A stretch of DNA of 64,000 bases from Myxococcales bacterium (GCA_043747615.1 JAYTOU010000029.1:20860-84859); one strand, 5' to 3'. Positions 9,445 through 19,932 are shown, counted from the stretch's first letter. Notes: generated by a model from the letters alone, not told the origin. A program made the numbers and translations.

Positions 9445-10697
9445 CGAAGCGCGGGCTCAACGTCTTCTTCGTCGTGGCGTTCGTGGTGGCGGCCGTCCTC
9501 CGCCTCACGTGGACCGAAGACATGGAATACAAGGGCGACGAGCGCTTCATGTTCGGTCAGTCGCAGGTCATCGGCGTCACCGAGCCGTGGCCGGAGCTCG
9601 GCATGCCGTCGGGCGTAGGCCTGAGAAATCCTGGCATGAGCATCTGGATCTTCGCGGTCCTCGCCAAGGTGGTTGGTGCGAAGACGCCCCTCGCCCTCGA
9701 CCAGGCCATCATCTTCATGAACATCGGCGCCTTCGCGCTCCTCATTCTCTTCGCGTACCGCATCGTCCCAGCGAAGGAGCGCGAGGCTTGGCTGTGGGCC
9801 GGTGCGCTCGCCGCGGTCAGTCCACTCGCTGTCCTCCTTCAACGAAAAATATGGGCGCAATCGGTCCTCCCGATCTTCTGTGTCCTCTTTTTGATCGGGT
9901 GGTTTCGACGCGATCGCTACTGGGGAGCGATCCTCTGGGGGATCATTGGAGCGGTCCTCGGCCAGATCCACATGAGCGGTTTCTTCTTCGCGGCAGGCTT
10001 CGTGCTCTTCGCCGCCGTGCTCGGGCAGGGCCGTCCGGTGAGGGCGCGCTGGCTCGGATGGTTGGCAGGCTCGGCCCTCGGCGCGATCACGCTGCTCCCC
10101 TGGATTCGCTACGTGCTGACGAATCAGGAGCATGGCCCTCCCTTCAGCTGGAGCACCGTTCTCACATTTCGTTTCTTTCGTTACTGGCTCTCCGACGCGC
10201 TCGGCCTGGGCCTCGACTACAGCCTCGGCGGGCGCTACCTGGATTTCTTGCGGTATCCGCTTCTCTTCACGAGCAAAGATTTCTATCCCGCCCTCTATTT
10301 GCACGGCGTTGCCATGGCGGTCGGCGCGCTCATCCTCATCGCCACGTTGATCCACGGGCTTCGATTCGCGTCGTCACCGCGATCTGCGTGGCGCAGCTTC
10401 CGCGCGTGCTCCGAGACGACTTTCACTCTCTTTGCAGCGTTCTTCGGGTACGGATTGCTCCTCACGTTCGCGGGCGTCCTCGTTTGGCGTCACTACATGC
10501 TCGTGACGTTCCCGCTCGAGTGGCTGTCGTTTTCATTCCTCGCCCTTGCGTACGTGCGCCGCCCCCGCCGCGCGCTCTTCGTCCTGTGGGTCACGCAGCT
10601 CGCGCTCTCGATCACGTTTCTTGGCTACATTCACGACAACCACGGCGCACCGGACGGCGACTACGGCCCAACCTACAAATCGCAGGGCGGTCGCTAG
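9441..10697 (+). CDS. multi-TM membrane protein, ArnT/PMT (GT-C)-like
   Basis: GTGA overlap with the upstream stop; acidic loop EYKGDE after TM1; many TM helices; GQIHMSG. Confidence 0.65.
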   Translation: MTKRGLNVFFVVAFVVAAVLRLTWTEDMEYKGDERFMFGQSQVIGVTEPWPELGMPSGVGLRNPGMSIWIFAVLAKVVGAKTPLALDQAIIFMNIGAFALLILFAYRIVPAKEREAWLWAGALAAVSPLAVLLQRKIWAQSVLPIFCVLFLIGWFRRDRYWGAILWGIIGAVLGQIHMSGFFFAAGFVLFAAVLGQGRPVRARWLGWLAGSALGAITLLPWIRYVLTNQEHGPPFSWSTVLTFRFFRYWLSDALGLGLDYSLGGRYLDFLRYPLLFTSKDFYPALYLHGVAMAVGALILIATLIHGLRFASSPRSAWRSFRACSETTFTLFAAFFGYGLLLTFAGVLVWRHYMLVTFPLEWLSFSFLALAYVRRPRRALFVLWVTQLALSITFLGYIHDNHGAPDGDYGPTYKSQGGR

Positions 10698-12421
10698 CGG
10701 ACGTTGGGCGGCGCGCCGTCGCCTTTTTCCTGCCAGTCGCCCTTCTTTCGCCAGAGCTCCCAGCTGCCCTCTTTGCGGATGCGGACGGCGTGCAGTTTTG
10801 CCTCCTCCAGCTGCTTCTCGGTCGGTTCCCATCCGTGCACGAGCACGAGCTCATGGTAGCTCCAGAGATCGCTCCAGCTCGCCCAGTCCGGCCCGTGGTA
10901 CGTGATGCGGTGCGGATCGACTCCCGCCTTGTAACGGATGGAGCTAGTCGACACGATCGCGGGGTTGTCCGGCACCTGGCCAAATCTGTCGGCCATGTAG
11001 AACTTCTCGACGTGCCAGTTCGGCTTCCAGGTGAAGACCTTGCTGAAGTCGGTCGACACCTTCACGTAGTGCATGCGCTGACGGTACGGCGTCTGATCGA
11101 GGACGTACTCGATCCCGTTCGCTTCGGTCTTCTCGAACGTGACCATGTGGTCGTGCCACGCTCTGAGATAATCCCGCGTGCAGTAGAGGATCCCGGCGAT
11201 GACGATCCAACGCGCAAGCCGCGACACGGACGCAGGTACCGGTGAAACCATCGCGCCAACGAACCATAGAGCGACGCCAATCTGCCGCGACCCGACGACG
11301 GGATTGCTGTCGATGGCCTCCGGCATGAAGAAGTACGAGGCGATGGTGAGCGCGAACGCCATTTCCATCACGACGGGGCGACGCCACTTGTGGAGGCGCG
11401 AGAAGCAGACCGCCACCATCATGAGGATGCCGATTTTGTAGACGAGGATGAGATCGGTCTCGTCGACGAAGACCTTGAGCGCGTAATTCCATAGGTCCGT
11501 GAAGAGGGCAGCGGGCGTCTTGAAGGCGGCGCCGAAGTGGTTGTCGAAACCCGAGGTCAAGGTCTGCACCGAGCCCTCTGCTTTTCCCGTCCCGAACGAC
11601 CACTGGTACCAGCGATAGAAAAGAAGCATCGCCGGAATGACCGAGACCAGCGCCGCGCCCGCCACCTTTAAGCCGGCGCGCAATCGTTCCTTGATCGAAA
11701 GCCCGCGCGTCACGAGCGCGAGCACGAAGAACGCGAAGGTGAGCGTGAATGAGAGCACGCCGACCCACAGAAACGCGTGGGCGTGCGAGAGGAAGACCGC
11801 CACCAAGAGGAGCGCCGAGGCCACGATGCGTTTCCACGTCGGGGCGATTAGCGTGCGGTAAAAGACCGGCATGGTCAGCACCATGAACGGGGCGGCGAAG
11901 AGCAGGTTCGCAAAGCCGCCGACGAAGTTCATGTTGTAGGCGAGCGGCACCGTGAGCACGGCACCCCACGGGGAACGGCCGAATACCCGGAGAGCGTAGA
12001 GATTAGCGAGCGGCACGCCGGCCAGGTAAAACGTCATCCCGAGGCGCACGGCATTGCTCACTCCGATCATCTTCCCGAGGTAGCCGGCGAAGGAGTAGAG
12101 GAGCGAGTTGGCGTTGAGCGGGTCGGGTCTCTCGTAAAGCGCAGGGTAGAGCGAGCCGGGCCGCCCGTAGTCGGCGACTACCGCGCTCAGGCCGACGTGA
12201 TGCCCGAGGTCCTGCATCGGCTGGAATTTCCAATGCCAGAACATCCACAGGCTGTAGGTGAGGGCGACTCCGAGCGTGATGAGCGGGACCAGGCCAAGCG
12301 GCTCTGCGTCCTCGTCGTCGTTGGGATCGATCCTCGCGAGCGCCTTCGCCGATACGGAGCGTGCCATCGCTATGGTTGCGACGACGACGGCGAGCGGACT
12401 CAGCTTGGCGTCGGCAGACAC
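10694..12421 (-). CDS. multi-TM membrane protein, GT-C-like
   Basis: PMQDLGHH loop after TM1, YNMNFVGGFANLLF, LSHAHAF, many TM helices and a C-terminal soluble domain. Confidence 0.65.
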   Translation of the reverse strand: MSADAKLSPLAVVVATIAMARSVSAKALARIDPNDDEDAEPLGLVPLITLGVALTYSLWMFWHWKFQPMQDLGHHVGLSAVVADYGRPGSLYPALYERPDPLNANSLLYSFAGYLGKMIGVSNAVRLGMTFYLAGVPLANLYALRVFGRSPWGAVLTVPLAYNMNFVGGFANLLFAAPFMVLTMPVFYRTLIAPTWKRIVASALLLVAVFLSHAHAFLWVGVLSFTLTFAFFVLALVTRGLSIKERLRAGLKVAGAALVSVIPAMLLFYRWYQWSFGTGKAEGSVQTLTSGFDNHFGAAFKTPAALFTDLWNYALKVFVDETDLILVYKIGILMMVAVCFSRLHKWRRPVVMEMAFALTIASYFFMPEAIDSNPVVGSRQIGVALWFVGAMVSPVPASVSRLARWIVIAGILYCTRDYLRAWHDHMVTFEKTEANGIEYVLDQTPYRQRMHYVKVSTDFSKVFTWKPNWHVEKFYMADRFGQVPDNPAIVSTSSIRYKAGVDPHRITYHGPDWASWSDLWSYHELVLVHGWEPTEKQLEEAKLHAVRIRKEGSWELWRKKGDWQEKGDGAPPNVR

Positions 12422-12468
12422 GCCGGACTACGTAACATACGACCTCGAAGTTTGCCGAATGTGGAGCA

Positions 12469-13551
12469 TCATTTGCCGAGCTTCGTTTTGCCCCTCCGCG
12501 CGCTCGGGACCTCTGCGTCGCGCGTGCTGAAAAACTCCGAGATCTTCGGCCACAGCGACTTCACGGCACCGCGGGCGACGACCGCCCCTACGTGTCCACC
12601 GGGGAGATGCAGCGGCACTTTGTCGACCGCGCCGACGAGCTCGAGGAGCGCCGTCGCGCACGGGGCCGGCACGATGGCATCGTGCTCGAAGGTGATGGCC
12701 ATCGTCGGGCACACGATGCGCCCGAGCTGCGCCTTTTCCCCCGATAGCCGAAACGTGCCGCTGACGAGGGCGTCCTTGCGATACAGCTCCTCGATGTACC
12801 GCCGATAAAATTCGCCAGGGAACGACACGTTGTCGCTTCCCCACTTCTCGACGGCGAGAAAGCTGTTCAAGAATTCATCGTCGTAGGCACGATCCGCGAG
12901 CCCGACCGCCTTGGCGAGAGGCAGGGTCGGCCTCAGCATGCTGAAGGCGGCTTCCATCAGCTGCCACGGCACGTTGCCGCATGCGCGCACGAGGACGTCG
13001 ACGTCGAAGGTGGCCGTTCGCGTCCAGTCGCCGAGGACCCCTGCCTCCGAGAAGCGGATCGGAGCTGCGAGCGCCACCAAGCTCGCCACGTGCGCCGGTC
13101 GGGCCGCAGCGTGAATCGCCGCCATCGTGCCTCCGAGGCAATAGCCGAGTACGTGCGTTTTGTTGCGTTGCGACGAACGAGCAGCATGGCGCACCGCGCG
13201 TCCGACGTAACCGTCGCAGACGTCGTCGAACGTGAGGTAACGGTCTTCCGGTCCGGGCGTGCCCCAGTCGATGGTGTAGACGTCGTGCCCTTTGCCGACG
13301 AGGTACTCGGTGAAGCTCCGCCCCGGCAGAAGATCCAGAACGTAATGGCGATTGATGAGTGACGGGATGAGAAGCACCGGAGTTTCGAAGGCGATTCCCT
13401 CGGGGCGCGCGCGGTAGCGAAGGAGCTTCCACTTGTTCTCCGTGTGCACCACGTCGGCCGGCGTGGCTCCGACGTTTGCCTTTGGTCGCGCCCAGAGCGT
13501 CGATAGATTCAGCGCGCGTTTTCTCGCGCGATCGCCCGGCATCGTCGTCAC
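12469..13551 (-). CDS. phaC: class III-like PHA synthase catalytic subunit
   Basis: [35 protein letters not shown], lipase box GYCLGG (catalytic Cys), HDAIVP (Asp), GGHVG (His); about 360 aa. Confidence 0.88.
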   Translation of the reverse strand: MTTMPGDRARKRALNLSTLWARPKANVGATPADVVHTENKWKLLRYRARPEGIAFETPVLLIPSLINRHYVLDLLPGRSFTEYLVGKGHDVYTIDWGTPGPEDRYLTFDDVCDGYVGRAVRHAARSSQRNKTHVLGYCLGGTMAAIHAAARPAHVASLVALAAPIRFSEAGVLGDWTRTATFDVDVLVRACGNVPWQLMEAAFSMLRPTLPLAKAVGLADRAYDDEFLNSFLAVEKWGSDNVSFPGEFYRRYIEELYRKDALVSGTFRLSGEKAQLGRIVCPTMAITFEHDAIVPAPCATALLELVGAVDKVPLHLPGGHVGAVVARGAVKSLWPKISEFFSTRDAEVPSARRGKTKLGK

Positions 13552-15263
13552 GGAGCGGCCCCGACGCGCGTATCGCCTTCGCGGTAAAGTGCTTCGAATC
13601 TAGGGCCAAACGCTTCATAGACCTTCTTGCGCCGCACCTTGAGCGACGAGGTGAGGAGGCCCGCTTCGACGCTGAGTGGCGTGTCGATGACCACGAATTT
13701 CTTGATCGTCTCGTAGCTCGGGAGCTGCCCATTGACCGCGTCGACGCTTTGCTGAATGAGTGCCTTCGTCTCTTCGGTCAAGACTTTACCTTCGTGCAGC
13801 CACACGCCGGCCACGAGGTAGCGCTGCGCTTCTCCGTACACCACGACGTGGGCAATGAGCTGATCGTCGCGGAAGCGAAGCTCGATGTTCGCAGGAGGAA
13901 CGTTCTTGCCGCCCGCCGTCACGAGGATGTCCTTCTTGCGATCGATGATCTGGAGAAAGCCGTCGTCCGTGAAGCGGCCCACGTCTCCCGTCTTGAACCA
14001 GCCGTCGTCGGTGAACGCTTCGCGCGTGGCGTCCGGGTCTTTGTGGTAGCCGGCGAAGACGCTCGGACCTTTGGCTAGGATTTCTCCGTCCTCCGCGAGC
14101 TTGAGCTCGACCGACGGAAACGGCTTTCCCACCGTGTCGAAGCGGTACGCATCAGGACGATTGAGGGTCAGCGTCGGCGAACATTCGGTGAGGCCGTAGC
14201 CTTCGATGATGAGCACTCCCGCTTCGTGAAAGAGCTCTTTCACCTCGCGTTTGAGCCCCGCGCCACCGGAGAGACAGAACTTCAAGCGTCCGCCGGTGAC
14301 CTCGGGAATCTTCGTGGCCGCGCCTTCCGCTCCGCCTTGCGCGGCCAAGATGGCGATCTTCTCCCAGTGCGAAGGCACGCTCATGAAGACCGTGGGGCGC
14401 ACCTCGGAGAGGCGCGTGAGGACGGTTGCCGGATCGCAAAGGTATGTGGTGAAGCCAAGCGTGTTGCCGAGACACATCTCTCCGAGGCCGAAAATATGGC
14501 TCATCGGAAGCCACAGCAGATCTACCTCTTCGTCGTTCGTGAGGAGGGAAGCGTTGCTCTCGTGCCAGTCGCGTCCGTTCACCCCCACGTTGCGGTGCGT
14601 GAGGGGAACACCCTTCGGATTTCCCGAAGTGCCGCTCGTGTAGAGCATGAGGCCCGGAGCCTCGAGCGAGATTGCGTCCATCGTCCGCATGAAAGCCGCC
14701 GGGTCCTTCGCGTGTCGGTCTTCTCCTCGGGCAACTGCAGCCTCCCAGGAGACGAATTTTGCCTGCGCATCGGCGAGGCTCGGAACGGTCTTGCCCTTGG
14801 ATTTAGCGGATTCTAGAGCCTTCGCCACGTCGAGTCGCGGGTCGAGGCCGACCACGTGCTCGACACACGCAAGCTCGCTCCACACGCAGAGCACTCGCTC
14901 GAGGAGCGCCGGGGTGTCGACGAAGAGGACGCGCGCGTCGGCGTGACTGGCGATGTACGCAAGCTGCTCTGCGGTGCTTGCAGGATACACGGGAACCATC
15001 ACCCCGCCCGCGGCTTGAATGGCGAGCGCCGCCGAAGCCCACTCCACGCGGTTCGGAGCGAAGAGCGCCGCGCGTTCTCCAGGCGCAAACCCCACGTCGC
15101 TCAAAAAGAGAGCGATCGCCCTGATTTGAGCGGCAAATGCCCCCCAGGTGACGGGGCGCCAACCGGTCCCGTCAGGGATTTGAAAACGCGGTTTGTCTTT
15201 TCGGGACTCGAGGCCATCGAATACCGCGCGCGGTGCAATGATCAATTCAAGGGGGGCGGCCAT
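13548..15263 (-). CDS. long-chain acyl-CoA ligase (AMP-binding, FadD15-like)
   Basis: [44 protein letters not shown]. Confidence 0.92.
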   Translation of the reverse strand: MAAPLELIIAPRAVFDGLESRKDKPRFQIPDGTGWRPVTWGAFAAQIRAIALFLSDVGFAPGERAALFAPNRVEWASAALAIQAAGGVMVPVYPASTAEQLAYIASHADARVLFVDTPALLERVLCVWSELACVEHVVGLDPRLDVAKALESAKSKGKTVPSLADAQAKFVSWEAAVARGEDRHAKDPAAFMRTMDAISLEAPGLMLYTSGTSGNPKGVPLTHRNVGVNGRDWHESNASLLTNDEEVDLLWLPMSHIFGLGEMCLGNTLGFTTYLCDPATVLTRLSEVRPTVFMSVPSHWEKIAILAAQGGAEGAATKIPEVTGGRLKFCLSGGAGLKREVKELFHEAGVLIIEGYGLTECSPTLTLNRPDAYRFDTVGKPFPSVELKLAEDGEILAKGPSVFAGYHKDPDATREAFTDDGWFKTGDVGRFTDDGFLQIIDRKKDILVTAGGKNVPPANIELRFRDDQLIAHVVVYGEAQRYLVAGVWLHEGKVLTEETKALIQQSVDAVNGQLPSYETIKKFVVIDTPLSVEAGLLTSSLKVRRKKVYEAFGPRFEALYREGDTRVGAAP

Positions 15264-15265
15264 GG

Positions 15266-15547
15266 CTACTTACCTTCTCGCGAGAGGCGTTCATCGAGAT
15301 CCATCAGGCGGCTCTCGAGCTTGTTGAGGGTGTGGAGCGCGCGCTCCTGATCGCGCTTGGTGGGGAGTCCCAGCATCGACCACCACCGATCGGTGACGTT
15401 GTCCTTGGCGAGCTTCACCTTCATCACCTTGGAGAGAAGAGCGCCCGATGATCCGAGGATGACGGGACTCTTCATCACCGTCTCGATCTGCTTCGCCGTC
15501 GCGCTCTCCCACGCGTCGAAGCCCTTCTTCCATGTATCCCAGAGCAT
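15266..15547 (-). CDS. small PhaE-like PHA synthase subunit (93 aa)
   Basis: WDTWKK..W N-terminus and C-terminal [23 protein letters not shown], resembling the PhaE LxLPTRxE coiled coil; SD AGGGGAGG; same operon as phaC. Confidence 0.7.
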   Translation of the reverse strand: MLWDTWKKGFDAWESATAKQIETVMKSPVILGSSGALLSKVMKVKLAKDNVTDRWWSMLGLPTKRDQERALHTLNKLESRLMDLDERLSREGK

Positions 15548-15563
15548 CGAAGCCTCCCCTGAT

Positions 15564-16457
15564 CTAGCGAGCCGCAGTCAAGCGGCGCACTTCCGAAGCG
15601 ATGGTGAAATTGTCGTTCGGCTCGTTGTCTTTGCTCGTGGCGCGCATGACCTCGCCGAAGCACTCGAAGAGAAACGACACTTGTTTGCGCGAGGTTTTGG
15701 CTCCCGCCGCCGGCTCGACGGTGACCGACGTACGCACGCGGAGCGCCTGCGTGAACGTGAACTCAGGAAGGGTGAGCGTGCCAGCGCCATCCACTTTTAC
15801 GTCGTAGGTGTCTTTCCCCGCATAAGGGAGACCGCGCACCGTGGCGTTCGTCGTCTGGCCGATCGAGGTGTAGGTCAGCCCGGGGGTGAGCGGAAATTGA
15901 AAGAGGACGACGGGCGCTGCGTAGATGAGGAGCGTCTTTCCCTCGGGAGGATTCTCCGTCGGCGACGCAAGCCCGAGGAGACGGATCGACGATGCGTCGT
16001 TCGCGTAAACCGCGTCGACCCGGCCGCCCGCATCGAAGGGCGCCGTGAACTTCGCTCCAGGGAAGGACCCTGCGTACCACTTGCTGGTGACGGGAACGGC
16101 CATGATGGTGGCGATCTGATCCGACGCGACGTCGCTCGCCTCGTCCCACACGAACCGCCCCTGAGCGTCGACTTTGCCTTCTACGTTCACGGGGCGATCT
16201 TGCCCCGCGGGCGAGACGAGGAGGTGCTCCGCCACGCCAAGCGCCGGCAGGAGCTCGTTGGCATCGATCTTCCCATCGAGATTCGGAATGCACGAAAGAG
16301 GCGCCGGCGGACCGGCGTCGTAGTCCGCATGGAACGGAGGCGCGGGCTGGCGATCATCGCACGCTACGGCGGCGCACAAACTCGAGAGCAAAACGAGATG
16401 TCGGAGCGGTCGCAGATAGACCTTTACTGCGCTCCCACGGATTTCAATTTGGTTCAT
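15564..16457 (-). CDS. hypothetical lipoprotein, paralog of 18890..19834
   Basis: Signal LVLLSSLCAAVA-C; CIPNLDGKIDANE; C-terminus FLFECFGEV..NFTIASEVRRL. Confidence 0.75.
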   Translation of the reverse strand: MNQIEIRGSAVKVYLRPLRHLVLLSSLCAAVACDDRQPAPPFHADYDAGPPAPLSCIPNLDGKIDANELLPALGVAEHLLVSPAGQDRPVNVEGKVDAQGRFVWDEASDVASDQIATIMAVPVTSKWYAGSFPGAKFTAPFDAGGRVDAVYANDASSIRLLGLASPTENPPEGKTLLIYAAPVVLFQFPLTPGLTYTSIGQTTNATVRGLPYAGKDTYDVKVDGAGTLTLPEFTFTQALRVRTSVTVEPAAGAKTSRKQVSFLFECFGEVMRATSKDNEPNDNFTIASEVRRLTAAR

Positions 16458-16470
16458 GGTCGCTTCGTTC

Positions 16471-17979
16471 TCAAAAGACGTACGCGAGACGCAGTCGGAG
16501 GAGCTGCGCAGGTTTGGCGGCAAGGTGAAGCTCGGGGTTGTCGAAGCCGCCGAGGGGAAAAAGAATCGCGTGCTCGAGGGCGACGTGAAAGCCATCTCGC
16601 GACTCCCACGAAAGGGTGGGATCGACTTCGATGCCGAGCGGCTTCTGTCCCCCGGGCGTGGAAGACGCGTAAATAGCCGATGATGCGATGGCGGCGATCG
16701 AGGCCGTGATCGCTCCCGAGGCCGCGCGACCGATACGAAGCTTCACGTGCGGCTTCACGTAGAGGGCGTCGGTCACCGACCCGATGATCTCGCGAAAGAG
16801 GATTCGGTCGATGCGGTAGTCGGGATGGAAGCGAAAATTGTTGACGGTGTTGTGGAAGGGAGGGCTGGGCCGATCGCGATCGCCGCTGGCGTAGCCGCCG
16901 TCGATCCCGAAGCCGAACGCGTCCTCCACCCGCCCGACGTCGGTCTCGAGCGCGGCGCCGACCTGACTCGAGGTGACCGGATTTTTCAGTAGCACGCCGG
17001 GCAGGAGCGATGCCTGATCGACCGCGGCCGTGAGGTACACGGCCTCCGCCTCGATGCGAAACATGGGGCTGCTGAAGCGTGCCCAGCCATCGACCGCGGT
17101 GGCGTGAAAACCGCGGGACATGACCTGCGCCGAGGTGATCGGGATCGGTTGGGCGAGCGGAAGGTACGCCGCGGGCACGTCGTTTTTTTGCCAGCGATGG
17201 GCGAGGTAGCTCCCGTACTCGAACGTGCTTTTACCCGCTTTCTTCCGGCGCGCGCGCGCAGCATCGTCACGAAAATTCAGAAAGGCGAAGGTCACGCTGC
17301 GAACATCGGTGGTCGGCTCGAAGCCCACGGCGCGCCCCTGAATGCCGCGCGCCGCCGTTGGTCCAGTGGCGCTGAAATCATACGCTGCCGCCAGGATATG
17401 CCCGGCGATCGGCGCAAGAAATCCGATCCGGTCGGCCGCATCTCCGCTGTCGCAGTCGAGGCAGTCCCCACCGTGGGTGAGAATGCCGAGGCCCCAGTGA
17501 CTTCCCATGCGCCCTGCGGCAAGAAGCCCAAAGGGCAGGAGCGCTTCGCCGTACGCCCGCTTGACTCGAAGAGCGTCGTTTGCAGGCTTTTGAGTCGTCG
17601 ACGCGCTTGGGATTCCGTCCGGCACGCTGCCGAGACCGAGGTTGTCGAGGACGTCGATCCGCGCTTTCACCGCTACCATTCCGCCCGGCGCGTACACTGC
17701 GATGTCCGTTCGCAGGCGCATGTCCCAGTAGGTGAGGGTCTTCGCGGTGGGATCCGACTTGGAGACTGGAAATAGCGTCGCCCCCGAAGGCGTCGGCCCA
17801 CGATCGAGATCCAGATTGTAGAGCGCTTCGCCGCGCGTGCGCAGGTAGCCGTCGAGCTTGATTTCGGGCTTCTCACGCGGGGTGATGTCGTTTCCAACAT
17901 CGGTGAAACCGGTGGCCTCTGCGCGACCCGCGAACAAGATCACGGCGAGCGCACTCGCGCGCGCATTCCACGCTCTCAC
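16471..17979 (-). CDS. TIGR04551-family myxobacterial outer-membrane beta-barrel protein
   Basis: GTG at 17979 overlaps the upstream TGA; signal ending AEA; LDGYLRTRG..NLDL, RVKRAYGE, GRMGSHWGLG, NFRFHPDYRIDRILFREIIG.VTDA.YVKP; terminal Phe (LRLAYVF). Confidence 0.8.
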   Translation of the reverse strand: MRAWNARASALAVILFAGRAEATGFTDVGNDITPREKPEIKLDGYLRTRGEALYNLDLDRGPTPSGATLFPVSKSDPTAKTLTYWDMRLRTDIAVYAPGGMVAVKARIDVLDNLGLGSVPDGIPSASTTQKPANDALRVKRAYGEALLPFGLLAAGRMGSHWGLGILTHGGDCLDCDSGDAADRIGFLAPIAGHILAAAYDFSATGPTAARGIQGRAVGFEPTTDVRSVTFAFLNFRDDAARARRKKAGKSTFEYGSYLAHRWQKNDVPAAYLPLAQPIPITSAQVMSRGFHATAVDGWARFSSPMFRIEAEAVYLTAAVDQASLLPGVLLKNPVTSSQVGAALETDVGRVEDAFGFGIDGGYASGDRDRPSPPFHNTVNNFRFHPDYRIDRILFREIIGSVTDALYVKPHVKLRIGRAASGAITASIAAIASSAIYASSTPGGQKPLGIEVDPTLSWESRDGFHVALEHAILFPLGGFDNPELHLAAKPAQLLRLRLAYVF

Positions 17980-18893
17980 GGCGCGTCCTCGCCTGCTAGG
18001 AACGCGACGAGATCGCGGTTGGACGCAGCGGCCGCCTCGATCATCGGGAAATGCCCGCATCGCGGATAGACCACGAGCTTCGAGCTCGGAAGATCACGCG
18101 ACAAGCGCTCACCGAAGGACGACGTGGTCACGATGTCCTCGCGCCCCCAGAGAAGAAGGGTGGGCTGGGTAATCGTGCGGTACCGCTCCTGAACTGCGGC
18201 GTAGTTCTGCCCGCGGACGGCGGCGAGAGCGGCGGCGACCGTGCCGGGCCGATCCATGGCGTCTTCCACCGACTGCACCAGATTCTCGGTGACGTAGCTC
18301 TTGTCGAAGAAGGCGAGGGCCATCTTCTCGTCGGCGCGCTCTTTGTAATAAAGACCGAAGAGCATTTCGCCCACGCCATGCGAGCGCGACCAGTGGAAGA
18401 ACGGAGGGAGCTGCTCCTCGTAAACCCACGCGTCGTACAGCGCGAGACGTGAGATTTGCTGCGGCGCAGCAAGGGTGGCCGCCAGGGCAACCGACGCTCC
18501 CCACGAATGCGCGACGATGGCCGCGCGATCGATGCCGCGCTGATCCATCAAATGGAGAATGAGCTGGGCCTGAGCTTCGGGCGAGTAGTCCCCCTCCGGG
18601 CGGTCGGTCCAACCAAAGCCCTTCAGATCAAGCGCGATCACGCGATGCTTGGCGCTGAGGGCGGGGATGACGCTGGCCCACGTTTCGAGCGACGAAGCAA
18701 ACCCGTGAACGAGGACGACGGCCGGACCTTGGCCTACGTCGACGTAACGAACGCGCGCGCCGTCGACCGTTGCGAAGGTGGCGTTCTTCGGCTCACCCGG
18801 CATCGGCCCGCTGTGAAACCCCATGCACCCACCAACGAAGGGAAAGAACATCGCCACCATCATCCAGGAGAGGCCGTGATTTTTTGAGGTCAT
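17976..18893 (-). CDS. alpha/beta hydrolase, probably a lipoprotein
   Basis: ATG at 18893 (ATGA overlap); VAMFFPFVGG-C; LVHGF, DLKGFG, nucleophile AHSWG, WGRED, CGHFP. Confidence 0.88.
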   Translation of the reverse strand: MTSKNHGLSWMMVAMFFPFVGGCMGFHSGPMPGEPKNATFATVDGARVRYVDVGQGPAVVLVHGFASSLETWASVIPALSAKHRVIALDLKGFGWTDRPEGDYSPEAQAQLILHLMDQRGIDRAAIVAHSWGASVALAATLAAPQQISRLALYDAWVYEEQLPPFFHWSRSHGVGEMLFGLYYKERADEKMALAFFDKSYVTENLVQSVEDAMDRPGTVAAALAAVRGQNYAAVQERYRTITQPTLLLWGREDIVTTSSFGERLSRDLPSSKLVVYPRCGHFPMIEAAAASNRDLVAFLAGEDAP

Positions 18894-19834
18894 GGCGAAA
18901 GCCTCTGGATTTCGGCCGCCGTCGTGAACTCGGGACTGGCCTCGAAGTCGTTCGAGACGATGCGCGCGACGGTGGTGAAGCAATCGGTCATGAAGACGAA
19001 GGAGCGTACGGCGGGGAGCGAGGTGCTGGTGCGCACCACGTTCACTCGCAGGACGTGGAACGTGCCAAAGGGCGTTTTCAGTGAGCCCGTTGCATCGACC
19101 TTGCTGCTGTAGCTCTCGGTATAAAAGACCGAGGTGCCCTGGGCCGTGCCCGACGCATTCGAGGTCGTCGTCCAGGTCGCGCCTTTCTGAAGCGGGAAGG
19201 CGAGCGTGCTGATAGGCGTCGCGTAGGTGATCTTGGTCTGCGGGCCGGCGTCGGGCGAGTCTGGAGATACGACGCCGAGGAGAAGAAGCGAGCTCGGCGT
19301 GGTCTGGAACACTCCAAGGAAAGTTGCGCTGTCGCTCAAGCGCGCGGTGTACGTCGCGCTCGGGAATGAGCTCGAGAACGACTGCCCGCCGGGGGCCGCG
19401 GTGTCGATGACGAGCGTGTGGTCGCCCATGAGCGCGCCGGAGTAGTCCCACGTGCGGCTGCCGTCGGGGTTCATGACGCCGGCGGTGGTGGGAATGGTCA
19501 CGCTCCTCGCGACGGCGAAGGTGGCGTGCAGGCCAGGGCCGACCGGCGCCTCGGCGCGGGTGATGACATCGTCCGTGTTTGGATCGCAGATCCCGTTCGA
19601 GCCGTCGATGCCCGCGTCGTTCATCACGACTTGCCCGTCCGCGCCCGTAGCGCCGTCGAGGTTCGGGCTTGCGTCTCCTCCGCTGGAGACGAAGCACGTT
19701 CCATCGCCCCCGCAAATCCCCGACGCGCAATCGGCGCCAACTCTGCATGCAGCCGCAGGACTCGACGTGCCGCACGCGAAGAGAGAGAGCGAGGCGAGCG
19801 CGGCGACGGCGCGAAAGGAAAATTCAGTGCTCAC
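18890..19834 (-). CDS. hypothetical lipoprotein with N-terminal Cys-rich module, paralog of 15564..16457
   Basis: GTG at 19834; LASLSLFA-C; CRVGADCASGICGGDGTC; CDPNTDDVITRAE; C-terminus FMTDCF..EFTTAAEIQRL. Confidence 0.75.
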   Translation of the reverse strand: MSTEFSFRAVAALASLSLFACGTSSPAAACRVGADCASGICGGDGTCFVSSGGDASPNLDGATGADGQVVMNDAGIDGSNGICDPNTDDVITRAEAPVGPGLHATFAVARSVTIPTTAGVMNPDGSRTWDYSGALMGDHTLVIDTAAPGGQSFSSSFPSATYTARLSDSATFLGVFQTTPSSLLLLGVVSPDSPDAGPQTKITYATPISTLAFPLQKGATWTTTSNASGTAQGTSVFYTESYSSKVDATGSLKTPFGTFHVLRVNVVRTSTSLPAVRSFVFMTDCFTTVARIVSNDFEASPEFTTAAEIQRLSP

Positions 19835-19864
19835 GTGGCTGAGACCTCTCCGGACGTTGGCCGA

Positions 19865-19876
19865 TGCTGCACTGCA
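19865..19876 (-). promoter_or_regulatory. putative PhaR operator
   Basis: Minus strand TGCAGTGCAGCA fits the TGCRNYGCASMA PhaR-box consensus described for alphaproteobacteria; lies between the predicted promoter and the start codon. Confidence 0.65.
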
Positions 19877-19895
19877 ATATCCCAGCGCGGACCGG

Positions 19896-19923
19896 AAGTT
19901 AGCGCCGGCAGAACAAGAGTCAA
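19896..19923 (-). promoter_or_regulatory. sigma70-like promoter of the leftward PHA operon
   Basis: Minus strand TTGACT-N16-TAACTT. Confidence 0.55.
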
Positions 19924-19932
19924 AGAGAATTT

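Noticed and set aside
9509..11245. 578-aa Arg-rich plus-strand ORF
   Set aside because: Off-frame or antisense to two genuine membrane-protein genes; composition typical of a GC-rich alternative frame.
18894..19775. N-terminal extension of the 599-aa hydrolase ORF
   Set aside because: Arg-rich off-frame reading of the upstream lipoprotein gene; the real start is ATG 18893 with an ATGA overlap.
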